NCBI GenBank assembly: GCA_035193785.1
Contig: CP136572.1
Location: forward strand, 1,940,578 to 2,004,577
Length of the DNA stretch: 64,000 nt
Direction of reading: 5' to 3'
Source: Planktothrix sp. GU0601_MAG3
GTDB taxonomy: Bacteria; Cyanobacteriota; Cyanobacteriia; Cyanobacteriales; Microcoleaceae
A program made the translations under genes and the position numbers. Of this stretch, positions 37,141 through 48,961 are shown piece by piece. Under the pieces are notes generated by a model. That model saw only the letters and a list, made by a program, of their open reading frames with translations. It had not been told where the DNA came from and searched no databases. How positions within the stretch are numbered: the stretch's first letter is position 1; the number at the start of each line of letters is the position of its first letter.

Positions 37141-38104
37141 ATGATAATAAATATTATGGCTATTATCTCTGTAGTTATCCCCGCCTATAATGCAGAAAAC
37201 ACAATTCAGGAAACGATTAACTCGGTTTTAAATCAGACTTTTGAAGACTTTGAAATTATCGTGATTAATGATGGTTCAACCGACTCTACCTTAAATATTG
37301 TTTCTGGTATTAATGCTCCTAGAATTAAGATTTTTTCCTATCCTAATTCCGGGGCGGCTGTCAGTAGAAATCGGGGATTTGCTGTTGCTACGGGTGAATA
37401 TATTGCTTTATTAGACGCTGATGATCTTTGGACTCCTAATAAACTAGAATCCCAGTATCAGGCTTTACAAACCAATCCTCAAGCTGCGGTAGCCTATAGC
37501 TGGACGGATTATATTGATCAGTCAGGAACATTTTTACTATCTGGTACTCATCAAACGTTTAACGGGGATGTTTATCCTCAGTTATTGGTTCATAATTTTT
37601 TAGAAAATGGTTTCTAACCCTCTGATTCGTCGAGAAGCATTAGCGGAAATTGGGGGATTCGATGAATCTCTTTTGGGTGGACAAGATTTTGATTTATATA
37701 TTCGTTTAGCCGCCCGTTATCATTTTGTTGCGCTTCCTGTTGTTCAAGTCTTTTATCGACTTTCTTGTAATTCTATATCGGCTCAGATCGGTAGACAAGA
37801 AAAACAATGTTTAGCCGTTATTGAAAAAGCATTTTTGCAAGCTCCTGCGTCATTACAATATTTAAAAAAACAGAGTTTGGCTAAACTTTATAAATATTTA
37901 TTCTGTCGGACTTTACAAGATTATCCATCTCCCGAAAAAGGTCGAATGGCAATTAAATTTTTATTCAAGTATATGCACTATGATTCTTCTGCTTTACAAC
38001 AAAAGCAATTTTTGCTTATTATTTTCTTCAAAAGTTTCATCATTGCTTTATTCCCTTCCTCGGTAGCACAAAGAATATTATCTCGATTAAAAAGATCTAG
38101 TTAA
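37141..38104 (+). CDS. GT2 glycosyltransferase (frameshift at 37610)
   Basis: ISVVIPAYNAE, INDGSTD, LDADD, corrected ENGSNPLIRR. Confidence 0.9.
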
Positions 38105-38130
38105 TAATCAATTTTTATTGCTGTTAAAAT

Positions 38131-39070
38131 CTAAAATTTATTGATTAATTTTTGTTTTAAAAAATAAAAAGGGCTGAGGGCACTGGACTGAAAAAATTTA
38201 AGTTCACAAGCAGCAACAGTATCCGTTTTGATTTGATCTTTATACTTAATTTGATGTAAAATAGAACGTCTAATCCCCCCCAAGAAAGTTTTAGAAAATA
38301 CAATGGGTTTTTTCCATGCGGGGGTGATTAACATTAACAATAGACAAGATTTTAAACCGTAGATATGAGCCAGATATAATAAATAATTTTTTTCTAAGCG
38401 ATAAGCGGGAAGATAATGATCGAGGTGCATTTTAGGGTTATACCAAATTTCCCATCCCCCTTTATATAAGTTTAAAGAAATTTCATAATCTTCTCCACCT
38501 CTATCTTTATTTTCCAAAACAGGTGGAACATGATCTAACCAAGCTTGTCTTCTAACGACTAAACCTGCACCTGCGGGAAGTTGTAACTTTTCGGGACAGA
38601 ATAAAAACGGTTTGTCCCCGTTTTCTCGAATGGCTAAATAACCTTGAATTCTTTGAAAATTAGGGGGAGGTTTCAACTTTACACAGGGGATGGTTTTGTC
38701 CTCCATAAGCTCCTGCTTTGGGGTACTCCTTACTAAATAAATAGCTTTGTAAAACCCAATTGCAATCAGGTAAGTTATCATCATCTAAACATCCAATTAA
38801 CTCCCCAAAAGCTATTTCTACCCCTCGTTGTCTTGCAAATCCAGCGCCCTGTTTGGGTTCAAATACATACCTTAAAGGAGCTTCAAAATCCCACTGTTTT
38901 TGCCAATTCAAAATTACCTCTGCGGTGCGATCACTGCTATTATTATCAACAACAATAATTTCCCACTTTATCTGTTCTGTTCCCTGCTGAAGTCTTAATT
39001 TTTCTAAAACGGTTGAGATCCGGTTTTCAGAATTATAAGTTGGGATTACAATCGAAAAATCCATGAGCAT
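38131..39070 (-). CDS. HpsE-like GT2 glycosyltransferase (frameshift at 38670)
   Basis: FSIVIPTYN, VVDNNSSD, LDDDNLP, GLVVRRQAW; paralog of 39236-40195. Confidence 0.85.
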
Positions 39071-39235
39071 AGCCTCCTCTTATGGGCTAATTTTGTAACC
39101 TTATATAGCAAGCCTAAATGAATTATATACAAAAAATGCTTAAGATCATTCATTCTCCAAAATCTGATTCAACTTGCTACATCTTAACTAGGGTATTATT
39201 ATTTTGAATAGGGACATATCGGTGATCGCAATTGC

Positions 39236-40195
39236 TCATTGTGTTTTTTTGTTTAAATATCCATTTTTCCACAAATAAAAAGGACTAAGCAAGCTACTTG
39301 TTAATAGTTCTAATTCAACAATCGGCACTAAATCTGTTCTCATCTGATTCCCATATTTGAGTAAATGCAGGAGTATCTTTCGCAAATCATTGACAAGATA
39401 TGCTGCGGTTAAAATCGGTTTCATTATGGGTTTGACACCAATCATTCGAGTGACATAACGGCTAAAACCTATGCCCTGAATTAAAGAAATTAAATAATCT
39501 TTTTCTAAACGACTTTTAGGAATATGATGATCGATTTCCATGCTAGGATTATACCAAATTTCCCACTCCGATTGTTGAATATAAGATAACATTTCTAAAT
39601 CTTCAGAAGTTAACATTGAACCTTGAACTCTTCCGGTGAGAATACAATGATGAGGAACACAATTAAGCCAAGCCTCTCGTCGAACGACTAATCCTGCGGA
39701 TGGAGGTAAAAGTTTATTTTTAGGGGAATATAATAAGGGCTGCTCCCCTCGTTCAGTAATTGCTAAAAATGCTTTAATTCGCTCAAAATTTGGCGGAGGT
39801 TCTACTTCATAAACGCCATGAACTTGACTTCCAAAAGCTCCCGCTTGGGAGTGTTCTTGAGAAAATTGATAAGCTTGTTTTACCCAATCTAAAGCAGGAA
39901 CTGTATCATCATCTAAGAACCCAATTAAACTAGCTGTTGATTCTTGAACGGCTCTTTTTCGAGCAAAAGCTGCTCCTTGTTTGGTTTCCAAATAATACCT
40001 TAAAGGAACATTATCTAACCAATTTTCTTGATAATTTTTAACTACGTCTGCGGTATTATCCGTGCTATTATTATCAACAATCATAATTTCCCAGTTAATT
40101 TGTTCCGTTCCGGTTTGCGATTGCAATTTATCCAGAACCGCAGGTAGACGGGTGGCTCCATTATAGGTAGGAATTGCGATAGTAATATCAACCAT
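39236..40195 (-). CDS. hpsE: Hormogonium polysaccharide glycosyltransferase HpsE
   Basis: AIPTYNGATRLPAVLDKLQSQ, QGAAFARKRA, LLPPSAGLVVRREAW, SEDLEML. Confidence 0.8.
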   Translation of the reverse strand: MVDITIAIPTYNGATRLPAVLDKLQSQTGTEQINWEIMIVDNNSTDNTADVVKNYQENWLDNVPLRYYLETKQGAAFARKRAVQESTASLIGFLDDDTVPALDWVKQAYQFSQEHSQAGAFGSQVHGVYEVEPPPNFERIKAFLAITERGEQPLLYSPKNKLLPPSAGLVVRREAWLNCVPHHCILTGRVQGSMLTSEDLEMLSYIQQSEWEIWYNPSMEIDHHIPKSRLEKDYLISLIQGIGFSRYVTRMIGVKPIMKPILTAAYLVNDLRKILLHLLKYGNQMRTDLVPIVELELLTSSLLSPFYLWKNGYLNKKTQ

Positions 40196-40290
40196 TATGA
40201 GTTACAAGGATTAAAATTTATTGTTGTTATTATAGCTGATTCAAATTTTAGGAGACGTTGGATAGAACGTCCCTAAAGTTAAATCAAAAT

Positions 40291-43141
40291 CTATTCATCT
40301 TTCACGGTTTCCACCGTAATAATATCATCCCCCTCTGCTGTTTTAGATGTGGTTAATATCACGGGTTGAACATCCATTTCCAACGGATCAGATATTGTTT
40401 TTCTCATGGGTTGAACATTCATAATTAACGGTTCTTCTTTAGCTTTAGGAACTAAAGGTTGATGATTAAAGACTAATTTTTCATCTTCATAATCCACATA
40501 AATCGTATCTTCCGTGACGAATTTCTGTTCTAACAATAAATTTGCAATATGGTTCTCTACTTCCCGTTGAATCGCCCGTTTTAACGGTCTAGCTCCATAC
40601 ACCGGATCATAACCAATATCCGCTAAATAATCTAAGGTAGCTGGAGATAATTCAATGGATATTTTTTGATCCGATAATAACCTTTGAATCCGTTTAACTT
40701 GAATCGCCACAATATACCGTAATTCCCCTTTACTTAACGGATGGAATAGAATAATATCATCCACCCGATTTAAAAATTCCGGGCGAAAATGCGATCGCAA
40801 AGCCGTCATCACTCGCTTCTCCATTTCCCCATAACGGGACTCATCCCCCGCCACATCTAAAATATGTTCCCCCCCAATATTACTGGTCATTACAATTACC
40901 GTATTTCTAAAATCCACCGTCCTTCCTTGGGAGTCGGTAATTCGGCCATCATCTAATACTTGTAATAAAATATTAAACACATCGGGATGGGCTTTTTCCA
41001 CCTCATCAAATAAAATCACCGAATAGGGATGACGTCGCACCGCTTCCGATAGTTGACCACCCTCGTCATACCCCACATAGCCCGGAGGTGCCCCCACTAA
41101 GCGGGAAACCGCGTGTTTTTCCATATATTCAGACATATCAATCCGAATAATCGACTCCTCGCTATCAAATAAAAACTCCGCTAAGGCCTTGGCTAACTCG
41201 GTTTTTCCCACCCCCGTTGGCCCCATAAATAGGAAAGATCCAATCGGACGCCCGGGATCTTTCATCCCCGCCCGCGCCCTTCTAATCGCAGCAGAAACCG
41301 CCGCCACCGCCTCCTGTTGTCCGATTACCCGTTGATGTAAATGACTCTCTAAGCGCAGTAATTTCTGCCGTTCTGACTCTAATAAACGGTTAACAGGTAT
41401 CCCAGTCCATTTAGCAATAATGCCCGCGATATCGGCTTCTGTAACCTCCTCGCGCAACATCGAAGAACCTTGAGATTGTAACTTAACTAATTCAGCTTCT
41501 TTGCCTTCCCGTTCTTGATGTAAAACTTCCAATTGACCATACTTTAATTGGGCGGCTTTGTTCAAATCATAGGCTCGTTCCGCCTGTTCAATTTGGACTC
41601 GTAATTCTTCTTCATCTTCCTTGAGTTTATTAATACTATCTAGGAGTTGTTTTTCCCCTTGCCATTGGGAGGCAAGTTTTTCCTGTTTAGTTTTTAAACT
41701 CTCAATTTCTTCCTTAATTCTGCCTAAACGAATCGCCACCCCGCCATCATTTCGGCGGTTACTTTCCCCTGTTCCTAAACTTTCTCCTTCTATGGATAAT
41801 TTTTCCATTTCTAACTGCATTACCCGCCGATCAATTTGTTCTAATTCCACGGGTTTTGAAGTTATTTCCATTTTTAATTGGGCGGCGGCTTCATCAACAA
41901 CATCAATGGCTTTATCGGGTAGAAAGCGATCGCTAATATACCGACTCGATAACATCGCCGCCGCCACCAAGGCACTATCAGTAATTTTCACCCCATGATG
42001 GCGTTCATAACGGTCTTTTAATCCTCTTAAAATTGATATGGTATCTTCAGGAGAAGGTTGATCAACATAAACCTGTTGAAACCGACGTTCTAAGGCCGGA
42101 TCTTTTTCAATATGTTTGCGATATTCGTCCACAGTGGAAGCGCCAATACAGCGCAATTCTCCCCGGGCTAACATGGGTTTGAGTAAATTACTGGCATCCA
42201 TTCCCGATGAACCGCCGCTAGAACCTGCTCCAACTACGGTATGCAATTCATCAATAAATAATACAATTTGTCCCTCGGAATGGGTGACTTCTCTTAATAC
42301 TGATCTTAATCTTTCTTCAAATTCTCCCCGATATTTTGCCCCGGCAATTAAACTTCCCATATCAAGGGAAATTAACTGGCGATTTTTTAAGGATTCTGGC
42401 ACATCTCCGTTAACAATTCGTTGGGCTAAACCTTCGGCGATCGCGGTTTTTCCTACTCCCGGTTCCCCAATTAAAACCGGATTATTTTTAGTTCTGCGAG
42501 ATAAACAACTGACCACCCGACGGACTTCTTCATCCCGACCAATTACCGGATCAAGTTTTCCGGCCTTAGCCAATTCTGTTAAGTCTTTACCATATTTTTT
42601 TAAGGCTTCATAACTGGTTTCTGGGCTTTGGGTTTCGACTTTTGAACTACCCCGAATTGCTTTAATTGCTTCTTCTAATTTCGGACGAATAGAAGGAGAA
42701 ACGCCCAGGACGATCATAACCCGGACGTCCGGGCCGTTGACTGGTGGGGGCTTCTCCAGCCAGAAGTTTCCGACCGATGCGGTCATCTTCGGAGAAGGCT
42801 AGGATTAAATGTTCGATGGAGATAAAACCATCCTGTAGGGCTTGACGGTCTGCTTCAGCTTTATCCAATAACAGATCTAAGCTCTGTCCTAGATATAAAT
42901 GTTCAATCCGTCCCACCTTGGGTTGACGTTTGGTAAAGGCTTCCAACTGTTGGCCTAAAATATCCGTATCGACTCCCGCCCGACCCAGGAGGCTGGTGGC
43001 GAGTCCATTTTGTTCTAGCAGGGCGGTGATCAGATGTTCGACTTCTAAATTCTGATTTTGAAAACGACGCGCTACATCCTGGGATTTAACCACGGCTTCC
43101 CAGGCTTTATCTGTAAATTTTGTCGGATCGGTCGGTTGCAT
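40291..43141 (-). CDS. clpB: ATP-dependent chaperone ClpB (frameshift at 42698)
   Basis: [14 protein letters not shown]; two Walker A motifs ([16 protein letters not shown]); M-domain. Confidence 0.96.
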
Positions 43142-43476
43142 CGTTGGGGGGGGGATCAATAAAGGGTAAAAATAATCATCAATATACTTTCCCCCATTCT
43201 AACTATATCTGGGCGCAACCCGTGAATTGATGTAGGATTGATGGAGAAAGGGCGATTACGTCGGTATCGTTGAAATTTTTGTGGATACTGTGGAGTGATT
43301 TTACAATGATTTTATCGGTCAAACCTTTTCTATTTTTCGGTGCTACCTAGCAACTATGTCACTTTAACCTCCGTGGCAGATTGTGGAAATAGACTTGACC
43401 GGGCGATCGCTTCATAAAATGTAACATTTTTGTTATGATCAGGTCAGTCGGTCTACTTCCCTAACAAAATCTCCCA

Positions 43477-43659
43477 ATGAATACCCCATCAACCCCAGAC
43501 CTAGAACCCCAAGTTAAATCCAGTGAACCCCGACCGAGCTATGTTAAATTAGCAATGCGGAATATGGTTCGCAAAGGCGGAAAATCCCTATTCCACTTCG
43601 CCTTAACCACCTTGGGCTTAGTCGGATTTCTAGTTGGAATGGCTTATCTAACTCGTTAA
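43477..43659 (+). CDS. DUF3285 small membrane protein
   Basis: PSYVKLAMRNMVRKGGKSLFHF. Confidence 0.8.
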   Translation: MNTPSTPDLEPQVKSSEPRPSYVKLAMRNMVRKGGKSLFHFALTTLGLVGFLVGMAYLTR

Positions 43660-43690
43660 ATCCTTTAAATTCTGATTAGATTGTTGATCA

Positions 43691-44239
43691 ATGACTGTAC
43701 AGGTTGAAGTTAGTATACAGGACTATTTTTGGGAACAGTTAGAACACTCAAAAAATCACACCATTCCTCATAATTCGATAGAGTCTGCTTCCCGACAAAT
43801 CGACTGTCCCTTGACGATCACGGAATGGGAAAATTGGTTCCAAATTTGGTTAAATTATTTGGAGTCCTATTTGCCTTTGGTATCCAGTTACGAGTTAAGT
43901 TTACGCTTAACGGATGATCACGAGATTCAACAGTTAAATACTCAGTATCGTTCCCAAAACAAACCCACCGATGTGTTAGCCTTTGCTACATTGGAAGTAG
44001 ATTCTCCCTTACCTCCAGAAGCGGGTTTTGATGAATCTTTGTATCTAGGTGATATTGTAATTTCGGTGGAAACGGCCTATCATCAAGCTCAACAACAAGG
44101 ACATTCCTTAAAAATAGAGCTAGGATGGTTAGCAACCCACGGTTTATTACATCTTTTAGGTTGGGATCATCCCGATGATCAAAGTTTAACTGAAATGTTA
44201 GAGCAACAACGGGTACTCTTAGAAACAATTGGATTATAA
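43691..44239 (+). CDS. ybeY: rRNA maturation RNase YbeY
   Basis: LNTQYRSQNKPTDVLAF, HGLLHLLGWDH. Confidence 0.95.
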   Translation: MTVQVEVSIQDYFWEQLEHSKNHTIPHNSIESASRQIDCPLTITEWENWFQIWLNYLESYLPLVSSYELSLRLTDDHEIQQLNTQYRSQNKPTDVLAFATLEVDSPLPPEAGFDESLYLGDIVISVETAYHQAQQQGHSLKIELGWLATHGLLHLLGWDHPDDQSLTEMLEQQRVLLETIGL

Positions 44240-44867
44240 TAATTACCAAAGTTTGAAGATTGTTTTGATTCGGTCTTGGATTTTTTCGGGCAAAGATTTG
44301 GTAAAAATTTTCTGTCTAATTTGTTCCAAAGCCCCATGGGTTTTGTGATCAAGTGGAGCCAGATTAAAGACTTTTCATCTAGGATACTTGATCAAAACTT
44401 AAATCGTCAAGACCTTTTCGAGATCGAGAATTGACGAAAAATTCAATGCCCCTTTATTTAATTTTTTATAGGCTGTTGTGCATTTAAACGTTATATTCGA
44501 GGCATTGGGGACGCGACCACTACAAGGATGGGGTAATTTTCTAAATCACAACTACATACTGAACAGCTTATTGACCTTAAACAAAAGATCTGTACAATCT
44601 GGGGGATAGGGAGTCCCTAAACTTGTCAGGGGCTATTTACCTAGGACTCAGGGAAATCGGAACCTAAAAATAGGTAAGTAATTTTACGGATAATTAATTT
44701 AACTCGGTAGTAAAATCACTAGAGGTTGTGTCCGTCCTGGGAGTACAACCGTAAATTCCGGTAGCTGAATAAATTACAGATTTGGAAAATTATGATAAAT
44801 TGCTTGCAGTACCCCTATGAAAACTGAATGTGGTTAAAAACATAACAAGTGAAGGATAGATCCAGTA

Positions 44868-45387
44868 ATGCACCTAAACAAACCCTCAATTTCAGAATTT
44901 CCTGCTTCCCCATTGATTTCTCTGTCTCAGGGAAAAAAAGCAGAACAGTCCCACCTGTCTGACGCTATGGGAAAAAAATATGACCGAGAATTATCGTGGA
45001 AAATCGCTTCTAATCTATTAGTTAGCTTTAAATATGCCTGGACAGGAATTAGTTATGCCTTTAGAACTCAAAGAAACTTTCGGATTCATACTATCATTGG
45101 AAACCCTAGCAATTGGCTTGGGTCTTTTTTTGCAGTTAACCCAGGTGGAAATCGCCGTTATTGGCCTAACCATTGGTGCGGTGATGACCATGGAATTATT
45201 GAATACAGCCATAGAATCGGTGGTTGACTTAACCGTCGGTCAGTCCTACCATGATTTAGCCCGAATTGCTAAGGATTGCGCGGCGGCGGCGGTTTTAATC
45301 TCCGCTTTCGTGGCATTATTTGTAGCGGGAATCTTACTTTTACCGCCTCTGTTCACCTGGATTCAAGTTATATTTTCAGGAGTTTAA
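44868..45387 (+). CDS. dgkA: Diacylglycerol/undecaprenol kinase (frameshift at 45100)
   Basis: SFKYAWTGI...TQRNFRIH; ELLNTAIESVVDL...AKDCAAAAV. Confidence 0.9.
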
Positions 45388-45390
45388 CCC

Positions 45391-45978
45391 TTGATTATTG
45401 TTATTGATAATTACGATAGTTTCACATACAATATTGTTCAATATTTAGGAGAACTAGGGCAAGAATTACCCATAGCTGCTGAGGTTCAGGTATTTAGAAA
45501 TGATCGGATTTCCCTAGAACAAATCCGTCAAATGAAACCCGATGCTGTAGTTATTTCTCCAGGGCCAGGTCGTCCCGAAGATGCCGGAATTTCCCTTGAA
45601 TTAATTCGAGAATTGGGGCCGACTTTACCCATTTTAGGGGTATGTTTAGGTCATCAAAGTATTGGTCAAGTGTTTGGGGGAAATATTATTTCTGCCCCCG
45701 AACTAATGCACGGAAAAACTTCCCCCATCTATCATACAGGCGTGGGTGTTTTTCAAAATTTAGAGAATCCCCTAACAGCAACTCGCTATCATAGTCTAGT
45801 GATTGAACGGGAAACCTGTCCCGATAGTTTGGAAATTACCGGATGGGTGGAAGATGGGACAATTATGGGAGTTCGTCATCGGGAATATCCCCATATTCAG
45901 GGGGTACAATTTCACCCAGAAAGCGTTTTGACCCAGAATGGAAAACAACTTCTAAGAAACTTCCTAGAACGGATATAA
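45391..45978 (+). CDS. trpG: Anthranilate/aminodeoxychorismate synthase glutamine amidotransferase
   Basis: IDNYDSFTYN, ISPGPGRP, GVCLGHQ, QFHPES. Confidence 0.92.
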   Translation: MIIVIDNYDSFTYNIVQYLGELGQELPIAAEVQVFRNDRISLEQIRQMKPDAVVISPGPGRPEDAGISLELIRELGPTLPILGVCLGHQSIGQVFGGNIISAPELMHGKTSPIYHTGVGVFQNLENPLTATRYHSLVIERETCPDSLEITGWVEDGTIMGVRHREYPHIQGVQFHPESVLTQNGKQLLRNFLERI

Positions 45979-46015
45979 TTGTTCCTTAATCCGTTGATCT
46001 GTCAATCTAAATAAT

Positions 46016-46819
46016 ATGAAACGGCGAAAATTAATTCAATTAACAACTACAACCCTATTAACCACCTTAGCAACTGGGTTGACATCTCAATGGCAAAATT
46101 CTTTAGCACAATCTACCCCTGAAAATACCTTAACTGTCCAATGGTTAGGACATACTTCCTTTTTATTTACCGGGGGAGGATTGAGAATTTTAGTTAATCC
46201 TTTTCGCCAAATTGGTTGTACCGCAGGTTATCGGAGTCCCCAAGAATTTTTCGCCGATTTAATCTTAATTAGTAGCCGTCTTTTAGATGAGGGTGTGACC
46301 GAAGGATTTGCAGGAAATCCGGCTTTATTATATGAACCCGGGGTTTATCAATTTAATGGTAATCAAATTCAAGGAATTCGCACCCTTAAAGATAGATTTA
46401 ATGGCAGACAATTTGGGGTAAATGTGGCTTGGTTGTGGAAACAAGCGGGAATTAAAATTTTACATTTGGGTGGATTATCCGGGCCATTGGGAATGGAAGA
46501 ACGGATTTTAATTGGTCGCCCAGATTTAATGTTGATTCCGGTGGGAGGTGGGGAGAAATCCTATACTCCAGAAGAAGCTAAAAAAACCATTGAATTTCTC
46601 AATCCTAAAATTGTTATTCCCACCCATTATCGCACCTTGGCGGCGGATGTGACGGCCTGTGATATTGAACCTGTGGACAATTTTTTGTCGGTGATGGCGG
46701 GAACATCAATACAAATTCAACAAACCGATACACTGACATTAACCGCAGATAATTTACCGAAACAAGGGCCGATAATTAACGTCTTAAATTATAACTTTGA
46801 TGTTACTCCTAAAAGTTAA
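46016..46819 (+). CDS. Metallo-beta-lactamase-fold protein with Tat-like signal
   Basis: KRRKLI signal, WLGHTSFL, LHLGG, IPVGG, IPTHY. Confidence 0.8.
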   Translation: MKRRKLIQLTTTTLLTTLATGLTSQWQNSLAQSTPENTLTVQWLGHTSFLFTGGGLRILVNPFRQIGCTAGYRSPQEFFADLILISSRLLDEGVTEGFAGNPALLYEPGVYQFNGNQIQGIRTLKDRFNGRQFGVNVAWLWKQAGIKILHLGGLSGPLGMEERILIGRPDLMLIPVGGGEKSYTPEEAKKTIEFLNPKIVIPTHYRTLAADVTACDIEPVDNFLSVMAGTSIQIQQTDTLTLTADNLPKQGPIINVLNYNFDVTPKS

Positions 46820-46854
46820 CTAAAAGTCTCCATCTCTATTTGTATTTGATAACC

Positions 46855-47412
46855 ATGATGACCATTCAAAATTACTCGCAAAAATTCATGGCTGGGTTTG
46901 TAGGTGTTTTTGGGGTGACGCTATTCGGGATTTTGCCCGTTCAAGCTCAACTGCATAATTACACCTTAACAAACTCAACCCAAATTACCGAAGTTCCGGC
47001 TACAATTTCCCTCGATATTATTGATACGATGGTTAGCGCGGGGGAATTTACCATTCTCACCCAAGCTTTACAAGCGGCGGACTTAGTTGATACGATTAAA
47101 GGTAAGGGGCCATTTACCCTATTTGCCCCCACGGATAAAGCCTTTTCTACACTTCCCCCGGGAGTTTTATCCGACTTACTGAAACCAGAAAATAAAGCCC
47201 AATTGGTCAAAATTCTCACCTCTCATGTTGTGGCGGGAAAGGTGTTATCCACTGACCTAACATCTGGAAAAGTCCAAACCTTACAAGGGGATAGTATTAG
47301 GATTGAATTGGGTGCATCGGTAAAAGTTAATAACGCCACGGTAATTAAAGCCGATGTTCCTGCTAGAAATGGTGTAATTCATGTTATTGATGCGGTGATT
47401 TTACCTGAATAA
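46855..47412 (+). CDS. Fasciclin (FAS1) domain protein
   Basis: FTLFAPTDKAF, NGVIHVIDAV. Confidence 0.9.
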   Translation: MMTIQNYSQKFMAGFVGVFGVTLFGILPVQAQLHNYTLTNSTQITEVPATISLDIIDTMVSAGEFTILTQALQAADLVDTIKGKGPFTLFAPTDKAFSTLPPGVLSDLLKPENKAQLVKILTSHVVAGKVLSTDLTSGKVQTLQGDSIRIELGASVKVNNATVIKADVPARNGVIHVIDAVILPE

Positions 47413-47439
47413 TTTTAATAATTTGTAGAGGATAAAACC

Positions 47440-48045
47440 ATGAAAACTTTAATAGCAAATAAAAATCAAGGCAAAAGTTTAGGAATTATCAGTATTTTGA
47501 GTTTATTAACATTAGGAACTATTTCCCCCGCCGTTGCTATGGAAGTTCAAATGTCTGCCAATTCCGAACTAATTTGTCGCCAACCTAGCCAAGATTTGGC
47601 TCAACTGCCGATTTCTCCGAAAGTGATTCAAGGTGTAGTTGGAGATTTAGCTACGGTTATTTTATCCGATGAGCGCTTTCAAATCCTGGGGATGATTTTA
47701 CAATCTATTGGATTATTAGATGCTTTAAAACAGGGGGATTTTACCATTTTTGCCCCTACGGATGAAGCTCTCGCTAAATTACCTCAACAAATTTTAGATG
47801 CTATTCTAAAATCGCAAAACCTCAACCGATTTACCGAATTATTAGAATATCATGTAATTCCTGGTAAAGTCACAACAACGGAGTTGAAATCAGGAAAAAT
47901 CAAAACTTTGGAGGGAGATTCTATTACGATTAAAACCAATAAAAATCAAATTAAAGTCGGCAATGCCACGGTCATTGATTCTGATATTCCGGCAAGTAAT
48001 GGGGTAATTCATGTTATTGATCAAATATTAATTCTACCGAAATAA
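47440..48045 (+). CDS. Fasciclin (FAS1) domain protein
   Basis: FTIFAPTDEA, ASNGVIHVIDQI. Confidence 0.9.
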   Translation: MKTLIANKNQGKSLGIISILSLLTLGTISPAVAMEVQMSANSELICRQPSQDLAQLPISPKVIQGVVGDLATVILSDERFQILGMILQSIGLLDALKQGDFTIFAPTDEALAKLPQQILDAILKSQNLNRFTELLEYHVIPGKVTTTELKSGKIKTLEGDSITIKTNKNQIKVGNATVIDSDIPASNGVIHVIDQILILPK

Positions 48046-48064
48046 GTTAAAATAGTTATCAGTT

Positions 48065-48264
48065 GTAGGGGCGGGTTTCGCCTTAACCTTCGATATGTAC
48101 AATAAATCCACCTAAACCCGCCCCGACTCAACTCAACTTTGATATGTACAATAAATCTACCTAAACCCGCCCCGACTCAACTTTGATATGTACAATAAAT
48201 CTACCTAAACCCGCCCCGACTCAACTTTGATATGTACAATAAATCTACCTAAACCAACCCCGAC
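48065..48264. repeat. REP-derived 44-bp tandem array (~4 copies)
   Basis: Starts gtaggggcgggttt; unit ctttgatatgtacaataaatctacctaaacccgccccgactcaa. Confidence 0.9.
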
Positions 48265-48300
48265 ATATCCTCAGAATTAATTATCAATTGAATATTAATG

Positions 48301-48927
48301 GTGGGGTGGGGCAGGTTTTTCAAGATTATCTGTGGGAAACATAAATCAATACAGAACCCGCCCCTACAAATGATAAACTGATGACATATTGAGGCGGAGA
48401 GTGGGCGGGTTTTTCAAGATTATCTGTGGGAAACACAAATCAATACAGAACCCGCCCCTACAAATGATAAACTGATGACATATTGAGGCGGAGTGGGCAG
48501 GTTTTTCAAGATTATCTGTGGGAAACACAAATCAATACAGAACCCGCCCCTACAAATGATAAACTGATGACATATTGAGGCGGAGTGGGGCAGGTTTTTC
48601 AAGATTATCTGTGGGAAACACAAATCAATACAGAACCCGCCCCTACAAATGATAAACTGATGACATATTGAGGCGGAGAGTGGGCGGGTTTTTCAAGATT
48701 ATCTGCGGGAAACAGAAATCAATACAGAACCCGCCCCTACAAATGATAAACTGATGACATATTGAGGCGGAGTGGGCGGGTTTTTAAAGATTATCTGCGG
48801 GAAACAGAAATCAATACAGAACCCGCCCCTACAAATGATAAACTGATGACATATTGAGGCGGAGTGGGCGGGTTTTTAAAGATTATCTGCGGGAAACAGA
48901 AATCAATACAGAACCCGCCCCTACAAA
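48301..48927. repeat. REP-derived ~92-bp tandem array (7 copies, last partial)
   Basis: Unit gtgggcgggtttttcaagattatctgtgggaaacacaaatcaatacagaacccgcccctacaaatgataaactgatgacatattgaggcgga; each unit has gggcgggtt/aacccgccc arms. Confidence 0.92.
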
Positions 48928-48961
48928 TCCTTCTATCTACTAAATAACCAAATTTATATTT

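Noticed and set aside
41621..42613. Long antisense ORFs within clpB (also within htpG, hpsA and the giant gene)
   Set aside because: Shadow frames of well-supported genes on the opposite strand.
44468..44570. Degenerate MITE-like segment (ggctgttgtgcattta...aacagctta)
   Set aside because: Ends are too short and imperfect and no TSD is visible.
48420..48623. 67-aa repeat ORF
   Set aside because: Translation of the 92-bp tandem array; unit lengths vary and do not preserve frame.
48065..48927. Possible CRISPR array
   Set aside because: Inter-repeat sequences are identical rather than unique spacers, units are 44 and ~92 bp with REP ends, and there are no cas genes in the window.
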